Positions 45,535 to 53,195 of a stretch of DNA of 64,000 bases are shown one piece after another (the first letter of the stretch is position 1; the number at the start of each line of letters is the position of its first letter). Position numbers and translations under genes: made by a program. The notes beneath the pieces are model-generated. The model saw nothing but the letters and a program-made list of their open reading frames with translations. It was not told the DNA's origin and made no database searches. Origin of the DNA: an uncultured Actinomycetes bacterium (lineage in GTDB: Bacteria > Actinomycetota > Actinomycetes > S36-B12 > UBA10799); the NCBI GenBank assembly GCA_964474045.1, contig CAYYRC010000009.1, forward strand, positions 1,256-65,255. Reading direction: 5' to 3'.

Positions 45535-48116
45535 CCGTCGCCGCGCAGGTCCGCGATGACATCAGGCAAGTCGTCGGGCGTGACGAGGACCTCGCGCGCC
45601 TTGCTGCCCTCGGACGGCCCGACGATGCCGCGAGTCTCCATCAGGTCCATCAGCCGCCCCGCCTTGGCGAAGCCGACGCGCAGCTTGCGCTGGAGCATGG
45701 ACGTGCTGCCGAACTGCGAGGTCACCACCAGCTCGATGGCGCTGCACAGCAGGTCCAGGTCGTCGCCGATGTCCTCGTCGACGTCGGCCCGAGTTGCCGC
45801 GGGAGCCACGACGTCCTCGCGGAACTGCGGCGCCATCTGCTCCTTGCAGTGCTCGACCACGGCGTGGATCTCGTTGGCGGGGATGAAGGCGCCCTGCAGT
45901 CGGATGGGCTTGCTCGACCCCATGGGAAGGAAGAGGCCGTCGCCCTGCCCGACGAGCTTGTCCGCACCTGGCTGATCCAGGATGACGCGACTGTCGGTGA
46001 CGCTCGACGTCGCGAACGCCAGCCGGCTCGGCACATTCGCCTTGATCAGCCCGGTCACGACGTCCACGCTGGGCCGCTGGGTGGCGAGCACCAGGTGGAT
46101 GCCGGCAGCTCGGGCGAGCTGGGTGATGCGGACGATCGCGTCCTCGACATCGCGCGGCGCCACCATCATCAGATCGGCCAATTCGTCGACGATCACCACG
46201 AGGTATGGGTAGGGCGCCAGGACGCGCTGGCTGCCCGCCGGCGGGGTGATCCTCCCCTGCCGGACGGCCTTGTTGAACTCGTCGATGTGCCGGAAGCCGA
46301 ACGCCGCAAGGTCGTCGTAGCGGGTGTCCATCTCCTTCACCACCCACTGCAGCGCATCGGCGGCCCGCTTGGGGTTGGTGATGATGGGCGTGATGAGGTG
46401 CGGGACGCCCTCGTACGCGGTCAGCTCGACCCGCTTGGGGTCGATCAGGATCAGGCGCACCTCCTCCGGCGTGGCCCGCATGAGGATCGAGGTGATGAGG
46501 GTGTTGATGCAGGACGACTTGCCCGCGCCGGTGGCGCCAGCCACCAGCAGGTGCGGCATCCGGGCGAGGTTCGCGGTGACGAAGCCGCCCTCGACGTCCT
46601 TGCCCAGGCCCACCACCATCGGGTGCGAGTCACTGGTGGCCACCGCGCTGTTGAGCACGTCGGCCAGCGACACGATCTCACGGTCCGCGTTGGGGATTTC
46701 GATTCCGATCGCGGACTTGCCGGGGATGGGCGAGAGGATGCGGACGTCGGCGCTGGCCACGGCGTAGGCGATGTTCTTGCTGAGCGCGGTGACGCGCTCG
46801 ACCTTGACGCCCGGGCCCAGCTCGACCTCGTAGCGGGTGACGGTGGGCCCACGGGTGTAGCCGGTGACCGCTGCGTTGATCTCGAACTGCTCGAGCACCT
46901 CGGTGAGGGCGTCGACGACGCGCTCGTTGGCGCGGGTGCCCGACTTCGGCGGCGGCCCCGGCACCAGCAGGTCGGCTGACGGCAGCGTGTAGAGCACGTC
47001 CCCGGACAGCGGCAGTTGCTGCGGCTCCCGCGGCCTGGGATGCGGAGCCGGGACATCGCTCGCGCCCGCTGCGGAGGACGGGTTCTCGGTGTCGACCGAC
47101 GTGCCCGGCTGACCCTCGTCAGCGGTTGCCGGCGACCGCCGGGCGGGGGTCGCCAGCTCGGAGTCCGCCGTGTCAAAAGCCTCGGCGGCCACGTCCAGGG
47201 GATCGGCGCCGACAGGCCTCGCCGACCGGCGCCGGGACGTCTCGGACGCGCCTTTCGGTCGGGGCTGGACGCTCACGGCGCTCTCGAACGGCTCCTGGCC
47301 CAACGCGTCGTGCCGAGACCCGTCGCCATCGTCGGCCAGGGCGCTGGCGGCTGCGAGGTTCCCACGCGACCGCCGTCGGGGGGAGGCGGACCTGTGCCGC
47401 AGCCGCGCGACTGCGCCGCGGGCCTTCCGGACGGCCTGGGCCGGGGTGGTGGCGGTGATCATCAAGGCTCCCGCGACGTACAGCGCGATCATTGCGATCA
47501 TCGTGACGGCCGTTCCCACGGCGGATGCCAGCGGCGCGGTGACCGCCCATCCCAGCCAGCCGGCGCCATCGCGGATACCGGTCCCCGAGCTCGGCTGGGG
47601 CACCCCGGCGGCACAGTGCCAGGTACCGAGGAGCGCGACGACCACAAGGATCCAGCCCACAGCTTCCGGACGCGTCATGCGATGGTCCGGTGAGCGCCAC
47701 AGCACGACGGCGCCGATGAGCAGCCCGAACGGAACCACGACCGCGAGCCGTCCGGCCGCGCCCATCACGATCGAGTCCACCAGGCCCAGCCCCGGCAGCT
47801 GGATGTCCGTGAACACGGCAAGCCCCGACACAACCGCCGCCAACAGGAGCAGCAGCGCCGTGCCGTCGTAGCGGTGCCGCTGCGACGAGTCGGCGCGCGT
47901 CACCTTCCGGACGATGTTGCCGGTCAACGTGGCGACGGCCATCCAGGCGCTGCGCACGAGCCGCGCGATCGCGGCCAGCACGGAGCTGAAGGTCGATCCC
48001 CCGCCCGATCCGGGATCCCCGCCGGCCGAACCCATTCCGCCACCTGCTGCGCGTGGCGCGGCGGCCGATCCCGGGCGGGTCCGGGTCGGGCGTGACGTCG
48101 AGGACTTGGTTGCCAT
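45531..48116 (-). CDS. ftsK: DNA translocase FtsK
   Basis: N-terminal TM block, a Pro/Ala linker, and a motor domain with [28 protein letters not shown] and TQRPSVDV. It ends in a C-terminal gamma domain ([21 protein letters not shown]). The start was chosen at MATKSS (48116). Confidence 0.9.
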   Translation of the reverse strand: MATKSSTSRPTRTRPGSAAAPRAAGGGMGSAGGDPGSGGGSTFSSVLAAIARLVRSAWMAVATLTGNIVRKVTRADSSQRHRYDGTALLLLLAAVVSGLAVFTDIQLPGLGLVDSIVMGAAGRLAVVVPFGLLIGAVVLWRSPDHRMTRPEAVGWILVVVALLGTWHCAAGVPQPSSGTGIRDGAGWLGWAVTAPLASAVGTAVTMIAMIALYVAGALMITATTPAQAVRKARGAVARLRHRSASPRRRSRGNLAAASALADDGDGSRHDALGQEPFESAVSVQPRPKGASETSRRRSARPVGADPLDVAAEAFDTADSELATPARRSPATADEGQPGTSVDTENPSSAAGASDVPAPHPRPREPQQLPLSGDVLYTLPSADLLVPGPPPKSGTRANERVVDALTEVLEQFEINAAVTGYTRGPTVTRYEVELGPGVKVERVTALSKNIAYAVASADVRILSPIPGKSAIGIEIPNADREIVSLADVLNSAVATSDSHPMVVGLGKDVEGGFVTANLARMPHLLVAGATGAGKSSCINTLITSILMRATPEEVRLILIDPKRVELTAYEGVPHLITPIITNPKRAADALQWVVKEMDTRYDDLAAFGFRHIDEFNKAVRQGRITPPAGSQRVLAPYPYLVVIVDELADLMMVAPRDVEDAIVRITQLARAAGIHLVLATQRPSVDVVTGLIKANVPSRLAFATSSVTDSRVILDQPGADKLVGQGDGLFLPMGSSKPIRLQGAFIPANEIHAVVEHCKEQMAPQFREDVVAPAATRADVDEDIGDDLDLLCSAIELVVTSQFGSTSMLQRKLRVGFAKAGRLMDLMETRGIVGPSEGSKAREVLVTPDDLPDVIADLRGDG

Positions 48117-48194
48117 AGTGCCCCGATGGTATCCGCCAGGCCCGACACATCCCGTTGGGAACACGCGCCGGGGTCCGGGCGCTCCCGGGCGGCG

Positions 48195-49889
48195 CTACTC
48201 CTCGATGACCACCGGGATGATCATCGGCCGGCGGCGATGCTGGCCGCTCACCCACCGTCCCACCACGCGGCGCGTGATCTGCTGCAGCTGGTGACGGTCG
48301 CTGCCGCCTTCGCGCATCGCGTCCTCGAGCGCGCCGCGGACACGGTCGGCGACATCCCCGAACACGTCATCGTCCTCGCTGAAGCCGCGGGCATGGAACT
48401 CCGGACCCACCGCCACCTTGCCGGCGACCGCGTCTACCACCACGAAGACCGAGATGAAGCCCTCCTCACCCAGGATCCTGCGGTCGGTCATGGCGGCTTC
48501 GCTGATGTCGCCCACGCTGGATCCGTCGACGTAGACGTAGCCGCAGGGAACGGCGCCGGCGACGCTCACGCGGCCCTTGCGCAGGTCCACGACCATCCCA
48601 TCGTCGACCACCACGATCTGATCTTCCGGGACACCGGACCTGGCGGCGAGCCTGGCGTTGGCCCGCAGATGGCGCGGCTCGCCGTGCACGGGCATGACGG
48701 CCTTCGGCTTGACTACGTTGTAGACGTACATCAGCTCGCCCGCGGCGGCATGCCCGGACACGTGCACGAAGGCGTTGCCCTGGTGCACCACGCGGGCGCC
48801 CAACCTGGTCAAGCCGTTGATCACGCGGTTCACAGAGTTCTCATTGCCGGGGATCATCGACGACGCGAGCACGATCGTGTCGCCGGGCCCGACCGCGATC
48901 CGGTGGTCCCGGTGCGCGATGCGGCTGAGCACGGCCATGGGTTCGCCCTGCGACCCCGTGCAGATGAGCACGACCTCATCGTCGGGGAACTCGTCGATCC
49001 GGTCGGCGGCGACCAGCGTGCTGCCCGGGATCCGCAGATAGCCCAGATCGCGGGCCACGTTCATGTTGCGCACCATCGAGCGTCCGATGAAGGCGACCTT
49101 GCGGCCATGGGCAGCGGCGGCGTTGATGATCTGCTGCACGCGGTGGATGTGCGAGGCGAAGCAGGCCACGATGATCCGGCCGTCGGTCTCGTCGAAGACC
49201 TGTTCGAGCACCGGCTGGATGTCGCCCTCGGAACGGATGAAGCCCGGCACCTCGGCGTTCGTCGAGTCGACCAGCAATAGATCCACGCCGGCGTCGCCCA
49301 GGCGCGCCAGAGCGTTGAGGTCGGTGATCCGGCCGTCCAGCGGCAGCTGATCCATCTTGAAGTCACCGGTGTGCACGACTGTGCCCGCCCCCGTGGTGAT
49401 AGCGACCGCCAGGGCGTCCGGGATGGAGTGGTTGACGGCCACGAACTCGACGCTGAAGGGGCCGAGTTGTTCGCGCTGGCCCTCGCGGACCTCCAACGTG
49501 TAGGGCTTGATGCGGTACTCGCGCAGCTTCGCCTCGATCAGGGCCAGCGTCAGCCTGGAGGCGATGATCGGGATGTCCTCGCGCTCACGCAGCAGATAGG
49601 GCACGGCGCCGATGTGATCCTCGTGCCCGTGGGTGAGGATCACGGCCTCCACATCGTCCAGGCGATCGCGGATGTAGTCGAAGTCGGGCAGGATCAAGTC
49701 GATGCCGGGCTGGTCCTCCTCCGGGAACAGCACGCCGCAGTCGACGATGAGCAGGCGGCCTTCATACTCGAAGACGGTCATGTTCCGGCCGATCTCGCCC
49801 AGGCCGCCGAGGGCGACGATGCGCAAGGTTCCGGGCTCCAGCGGCGCCGGCAGGCCGATGCCGGGGTGCGGGTGCGCGGCGCCGCTCAT
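48195..49889 (-). CDS. rnj: ribonuclease J
   Basis: Beta-lactamase/beta-CASP fold with LGGLGEIGRNM, THGHEDHIG and HVSGHA. Its ATG overlaps the dapA stop (ATGA). Confidence 0.9.
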   Translation of the reverse strand: MSGAAHPHPGIGLPAPLEPGTLRIVALGGLGEIGRNMTVFEYEGRLLIVDCGVLFPEEDQPGIDLILPDFDYIRDRLDDVEAVILTHGHEDHIGAVPYLLREREDIPIIASRLTLALIEAKLREYRIKPYTLEVREGQREQLGPFSVEFVAVNHSIPDALAVAITTGAGTVVHTGDFKMDQLPLDGRITDLNALARLGDAGVDLLLVDSTNAEVPGFIRSEGDIQPVLEQVFDETDGRIIVACFASHIHRVQQIINAAAAHGRKVAFIGRSMVRNMNVARDLGYLRIPGSTLVAADRIDEFPDDEVVLICTGSQGEPMAVLSRIAHRDHRIAVGPGDTIVLASSMIPGNENSVNRVINGLTRLGARVVHQGNAFVHVSGHAAAGELMYVYNVVKPKAVMPVHGEPRHLRANARLAARSGVPEDQIVVVDDGMVVDLRKGRVSVAGAVPCGYVYVDGSSVGDISEAAMTDRRILGEEGFISVFVVVDAVAGKVAVGPEFHARGFSEDDDVFGDVADRVRGALEDAMREGGSDRHQLQQITRRVVGRWVSGQHRRRPMIIPVVIEE

Positions 49890-50785
49890 GCGACCATCGA
49901 CATTCCGGCAGCGGCCAGATCTGCGAGCAGGCGTTCCTTCTGTCCCTCGTCGGCGGGCAGCAGCGGCAGCCGCGGGGGGCCGGCCGGCAGACCCCGCAAC
50001 TCGAGCGCAGCCTTAGTCAGCGTCACAGCGGGGGCGCGGAACAGACCCACGGCCACCGGCTCGGAGTCGTAGAAGATGGTGGTGGCGGTCCGGGTGTCCC
50101 CGGCGCCGAAGGCCGACAGCATGGAGCGCAGGCGGTCGGCGATCAGATGCCCGGCGACGCTGACGAAGCCCACTGCGCCGATCGAGAGGAACGGCAGGTT
50201 CAGGGCGTCGTCGCCGGAGTACCAGAGCAGGTCCGAGGCCCGCAGGACGGCGGTCGCTGCGGCCAGGTCCGCCTTGGCGTCCTTCACCGCGACGATGCGC
50301 GGGTGCTCTGCCGCGCGGAGCAGCGTGTCCACGCCGATGGGGACCGCCGACCGGCCGGGGATGTCGTAGAGCATGACGGGGAGCTCCGTGGCATCGGCGA
50401 TGGCGGTGAAGTGCGCCAGGATGCCCTCTTGGGAGGGCTTGGAGTAGTAGGGCGTCACGACGAGCAGGCCGTCGGCGCCGGCCGCTTCCGCCTGCCGCGC
50501 GAGCTCGATGCTGTGCCTGGTGTCGTTTGTGCCCACGCCGGCGATGAGCGGGACGTCCGGGCCCACAGTGGAGCGGACAGCCCGCAGCAGCTCGGCCTTC
50601 TCTTCGTCGGTCGTGGTCGGTGCCTCGCCAGTGGTGCCGTTGAGGACGAGGCCATCGTTGCCCAAGTCGATCAGGTGCTGCGCCAGCCGTGCGGCCCCGT
50701 CAAGATCGACCTCGTGGTCGGCCGTCATCGGCGTGATCATCGCCGTGTGCACGGCTCCCAGCGAGGGGGTCGAGAGGTTCGGCAT
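49886..50785 (-). CDS. dapA: 4-hydroxy-tetrahydrodipicolinate synthase
   Basis: TAMITPM, NGTTGE, VIAGVG and a Schiff-base Lys region (IVAVKDA). Confidence 0.9.
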   Translation of the reverse strand: MPNLSTPSLGAVHTAMITPMTADHEVDLDGAARLAQHLIDLGNDGLVLNGTTGEAPTTTDEEKAELLRAVRSTVGPDVPLIAGVGTNDTRHSIELARQAEAAGADGLLVVTPYYSKPSQEGILAHFTAIADATELPVMLYDIPGRSAVPIGVDTLLRAAEHPRIVAVKDAKADLAAATAVLRASDLLWYSGDDALNLPFLSIGAVGFVSVAGHLIADRLRSMLSAFGAGDTRTATTIFYDSEPVAVGLFRAPAVTLTKAALELRGLPAGPPRLPLLPADEGQKERLLADLAAAGMSMVA

Positions 50786-50858
50786 GGTGACCAGGCTACC
50801 TGTGCGCGCTCACGGCGCCGCGCATCATCGCCGCCCGTGGCGCCTGGAGGGCGGCGGG

Positions 50859-50957
50859 CGCGTGGCTGGCGGGTGCCTGGCGCGTGGCTGGCGGGTGCCT
50901 GGCGCGTGGCTGGCGGGCGCCCCTGGCGCGTGGCTGGCGGGTGCCTGGCGCGTGGCC
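50859..50957. repeat. intergenic tandem repeat, ~4.4 copies of a 22-bp unit (two 11-bp half-units)
   Basis: CGCGTGGCTGGCGGGTGCCTGG occurs at 50859, 50881 and 50927. There is a 24-bp variant at 50903 and a partial copy at 50949. Each unit reads GTGGCTGGCGG + GTGCCTGGCGC. Confidence 0.85.
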
Positions 50958-50976
50958 GTATCCGGTCCGTGGGGGC

Positions 50977-51705
50977 CTACGGCTGCACCCGGCCGTGGGC
51001 TTCGAACGCGGCGTGCGTGAGCGGCATGAGCCGCGCCCACTCGGCCTCCATCTGCTCGGCGACCATCTCGATCTCGCGCTGCGGGAACGAGGGGTTGCGC
51101 GAGGACTCGCGGGCGGTTCGCAGCGACAGGAAGTTCATCAGGGCCCGGGCGTTCATTGTCACGTACATGGACGAGTAGGTCCCGACGGGGAGCACGACGC
51201 GCGCGACCTCGCGCGCGACTCCCGCAGCCAGCATCTGCTGGTAGGCCTCGTAGGCCTGGGTGCAGGACTGCTTGACCGCCTCGGTCACCAGTTGGTGCTG
51301 CTCCGGGGTGCCGTCGACGAACTCGTAATGACCCGGCTTGCCCTGCTGGACCAGCTTTCGCTCGGGTCCCGGTACGTAGAAGACGGGGCGCAGCTCTCGA
51401 TAGCGGCCGGACTCCTCGTTATACGAAGCGATTCGGTGGCGCATGAACTCCCTGAACACAAAGATCGGCGCCTGCACGAAGAACGTCATCGAGTTGTGCT
51501 CGAACGGCGAGCCGTGGCGGTCGCGCATGAGGTAGTTGATGAGACCCGCCGACCGCGAGGCGTCGGCCTCGACGTCGGCCAACGACTGCTCGCCCTTGGT
51601 CGACACCCGGGCCGCGAAGAGCACGTCGGCATCGCTGGCGGAGGCCTTGACCAGTTCCACGGTCATGTCGGAGCGGAACTCGATCGGTGCAGCGCTGTCA
51701 GCCAT
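50977..51705 (-). CDS. thyX: FAD-dependent thymidylate synthase ThyX
   Basis: 242 aa from MADSAAPIEF, carrying the ThyX motif RHRIASYNEESGRY. Confidence 0.9.
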   Translation of the reverse strand: MADSAAPIEFRSDMTVELVKASASDADVLFAARVSTKGEQSLADVEADASRSAGLINYLMRDRHGSPFEHNSMTFFVQAPIFVFREFMRHRIASYNEESGRYRELRPVFYVPGPERKLVQQGKPGHYEFVDGTPEQHQLVTEAVKQSCTQAYEAYQQMLAAGVAREVARVVLPVGTYSSMYVTMNARALMNFLSLRTARESSRNPSFPQREIEMVAEQMEAEWARLMPLTHAAFEAHGRVQP

Positions 51706-51734
51706 GTGCCACACCCTAGGACCTGAGTCGTCCG

Positions 51735-51833
51735 CCAGCCCGCGAACCCCTCCCCCCCTCCCCCGCAACTGCAGGCCTTTGTCAGCCAAGGGTCGGCTTC
51801 GGAGCGCGATTCTGCTGACAAACGCCTGCACTT
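51735..51833. repeat. copy A of a ~99-nt repeat containing a 67-nt imperfect palindrome
   Basis: CCAGCCCGCG, then a C-rich tract, then arm AACTGCAGGCCTTTGTCAG (51767-51785). A 29-nt spacer follows, then arm CTGACAAACGCCTGCACTT (51815-51833). Confidence 0.8.
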
Positions 51834-51902
51834 GCGCATGGTGGCGGCGGCGATCGCCGACCCGCCCGATTCCGCGTCCGGTCGGAGCTGTCCACAATCC
51901 TC

Positions 51903-52961
51903 GTGGTGGGCCTTACGCGTCTGTCGACGCCCGCGCAGCCTGGCGGGATGCCGAGCCTGCGTCGATGGACCCCGCCGGCCATCCCATTCCGCGCCGAACA
52001 CGTGCCCGTCGGCCGAGAGTTCCTGCGCACCGCCGAACAACGAGGTGACGTCATGCGGCTGGCGCCGGGGGTGTACATCGCCGCGACCGCTGTCGGCACC
52101 GATGCCCGTCAACTCCACCTGCTGCAGGCGCTCGCACGGCAGCTGCGCCACGAGAACCCCATCGCGGCAAGCCACGAGACGGCCGCGCTGCTGCACGGCC
52201 TCCCCCTGCGCAGCCTCAACGCCGTGCCGGTCCAGCCCCGGTTCACCCTGGATCCATCGCAGGGCAGCAACCGGCCGGGCACTCCTTCGATCCGCGTCGT
52301 ACCGCTGCCGCCGGAACACGTGGTGACCGTGACCCATGGTCAGCTTGAGGGCCTGCGGGCAACCGACCTGGAGCGCACCGCGCTGGACCTGGCATCGGAG
52401 GCGGATCTGCCATTCGCCCTCATGGCCCTGGACCATGCCGCGCGAACGATCGCGCTGCAGTCGTGCATCGAGCACGAGCTGCGTGGCGGCGACGTGAACT
52501 GCGCACTGCTCATGAAGGGCCGCCAGCGCATGGAGTCCCGCCATGCGAGCCTCAGCCGGCGCGGGCGGCGTCGCCGCCGAGAAGCGCTGGCGTTGGTCGA
52601 CCCCCGCCACGAGTCGCCAGGTGAGTCCGCATCATGCGCCCGGATCTACCTGGCGGGCCTACCCGCCCCGGTGCCGCAGGCGCCCGTTGTGACTGGGATC
52701 GGTGTGTTCTACGGCGACTGCTATTGGCCGGAGTTCGGCGTCGTCGGCGAGTGCGACGGCGCCCTCAAGTACGCGGGCGGGACAACAGGCGCGTCCCAGG
52801 CAGCTGCAGACGAGCGCCGACTGGCCGAGAAGGACCGCGAGAATGCCATCAGGCGCACGGGCCTGAAGGTGGTGCGATGGATGGCAGCGGAAGCGATGTA
52901 CGCCCCCGATGCCTGGCTGGCCGAACTGGCAAGCGCACTACGCGCCGGGGGTTGGCGCTGA
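51903..52961 (+). CDS. hypothetical protein: AbiEi-like N-terminal region fused to a DUF559 / restriction-endonuclease-like C-terminal region
   Basis: The N-terminus ends in GDVMRLAPGVYI, which fits the AbiEi-type wHTH pattern G.l.R...GVY. The C-terminus CYWPEFGVVGECDG...DRENAIRRTGLKVVRW resembles DUF559. ATG 51948 is an alternative start. Confidence 0.5.
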   Translation: MVGLTRLSTPAQPGGMPSLRRWTPPAIPFRAEHVPVGREFLRTAEQRGDVMRLAPGVYIAATAVGTDARQLHLLQALARQLRHENPIAASHETAALLHGLPLRSLNAVPVQPRFTLDPSQGSNRPGTPSIRVVPLPPEHVVTVTHGQLEGLRATDLERTALDLASEADLPFALMALDHAARTIALQSCIEHELRGGDVNCALLMKGRQRMESRHASLSRRGRRRRREALALVDPRHESPGESASCARIYLAGLPAPVPQAPVVTGIGVFYGDCYWPEFGVVGECDGALKYAGGTTGASQAAADERRLAEKDRENAIRRTGLKVVRWMAAEAMYAPDAWLAELASALRAGGWR

Positions 52962-52964
52962 GAC

Positions 52965-53064
52965 CCAGCCCGCGCCAGGCCCCCCTTCTCTCCTCCAAAC
53001 TGCAGGCCTTTGTCAGGCCAACAGAGCCGGTTGCCCTCGGCTTGCCTGACATAGGCCTGCAGTT
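52965..53064. repeat. copy B of the ~99-nt repeat / 67-nt imperfect palindrome
   Basis: CCAGCCCGCG, then a C/T-rich tract, then the identical arm AACTGCAGGCCTTTGTCAG (52998-53016). A 29-nt spacer follows, then arm CTGACATAGGCCTGCAGTT (53046-53064). Confidence 0.8.
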
Positions 53065-53065
53065 T

Positions 53066-53137
53066 CGGGTCGGGTGAGGTGGGGCGGAGATGGGGTGGGG
53101 TGGGGCGGAGGTGGGGTGGGGGTCGGGTGGGGGGGGG
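53066..53137 (+). repeat. G-run tract (two ~21-nt units plus a G9 run), G-quadruplex-capable on the plus strand
   Basis: GGTGGGGCGGAGATGGGGTGG / GGTGGGGCGGAGGTGGGGTGG followed by GGGTCGGGTGGGGGGGGG. At least seven runs of four or more G lie within ~60 nt. Confidence 0.8.
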
Positions 53138-53142
53138 AAACG

Positions 53143-53180
53143 GCGATGGGCGCCACCCCGGCCGGGGTGGCGCCCATCGC
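53143..53180 (-). terminator. perfect 38-bp palindrome downstream of the SGNH/FN3 gene
   Basis: GCGATGGGCGCCACCCCGG|CCGGGGTGGCGCCCATCGC lies 16 nt after the stop. On the minus strand it is followed by CGTTTCCCCCCC. Confidence 0.6.
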
Positions 53181-53195
53181 GAGTGGCACCGGGAG

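Noticed and set aside
50859-50957. Possible CRISPR array
   Set aside because: The repeats are directly abutting with no unique spacers. The unit is only 22 bp with an internal 11-bp substructure, and no cas genes are in the window.
51903-52961. Type IV toxin-antitoxin (AbiE) system
   Set aside because: There is only an AbiEi-like N-terminal region, fused to a DUF559-like domain. No AbiEii nucleotidyltransferase gene is adjacent, so calling it a TA or abortive-infection system is unsupported.
51767-53064. Integron attC-like cassette boundaries (imperfect palindromes starting with AAC and ending with GTT)
   Set aside because: The flanking bases do not fit the RYYYAAC / GTTRRRY cores. No intI integrase or attI is present, and the cassette has ~70 nt of its own upstream sequence.
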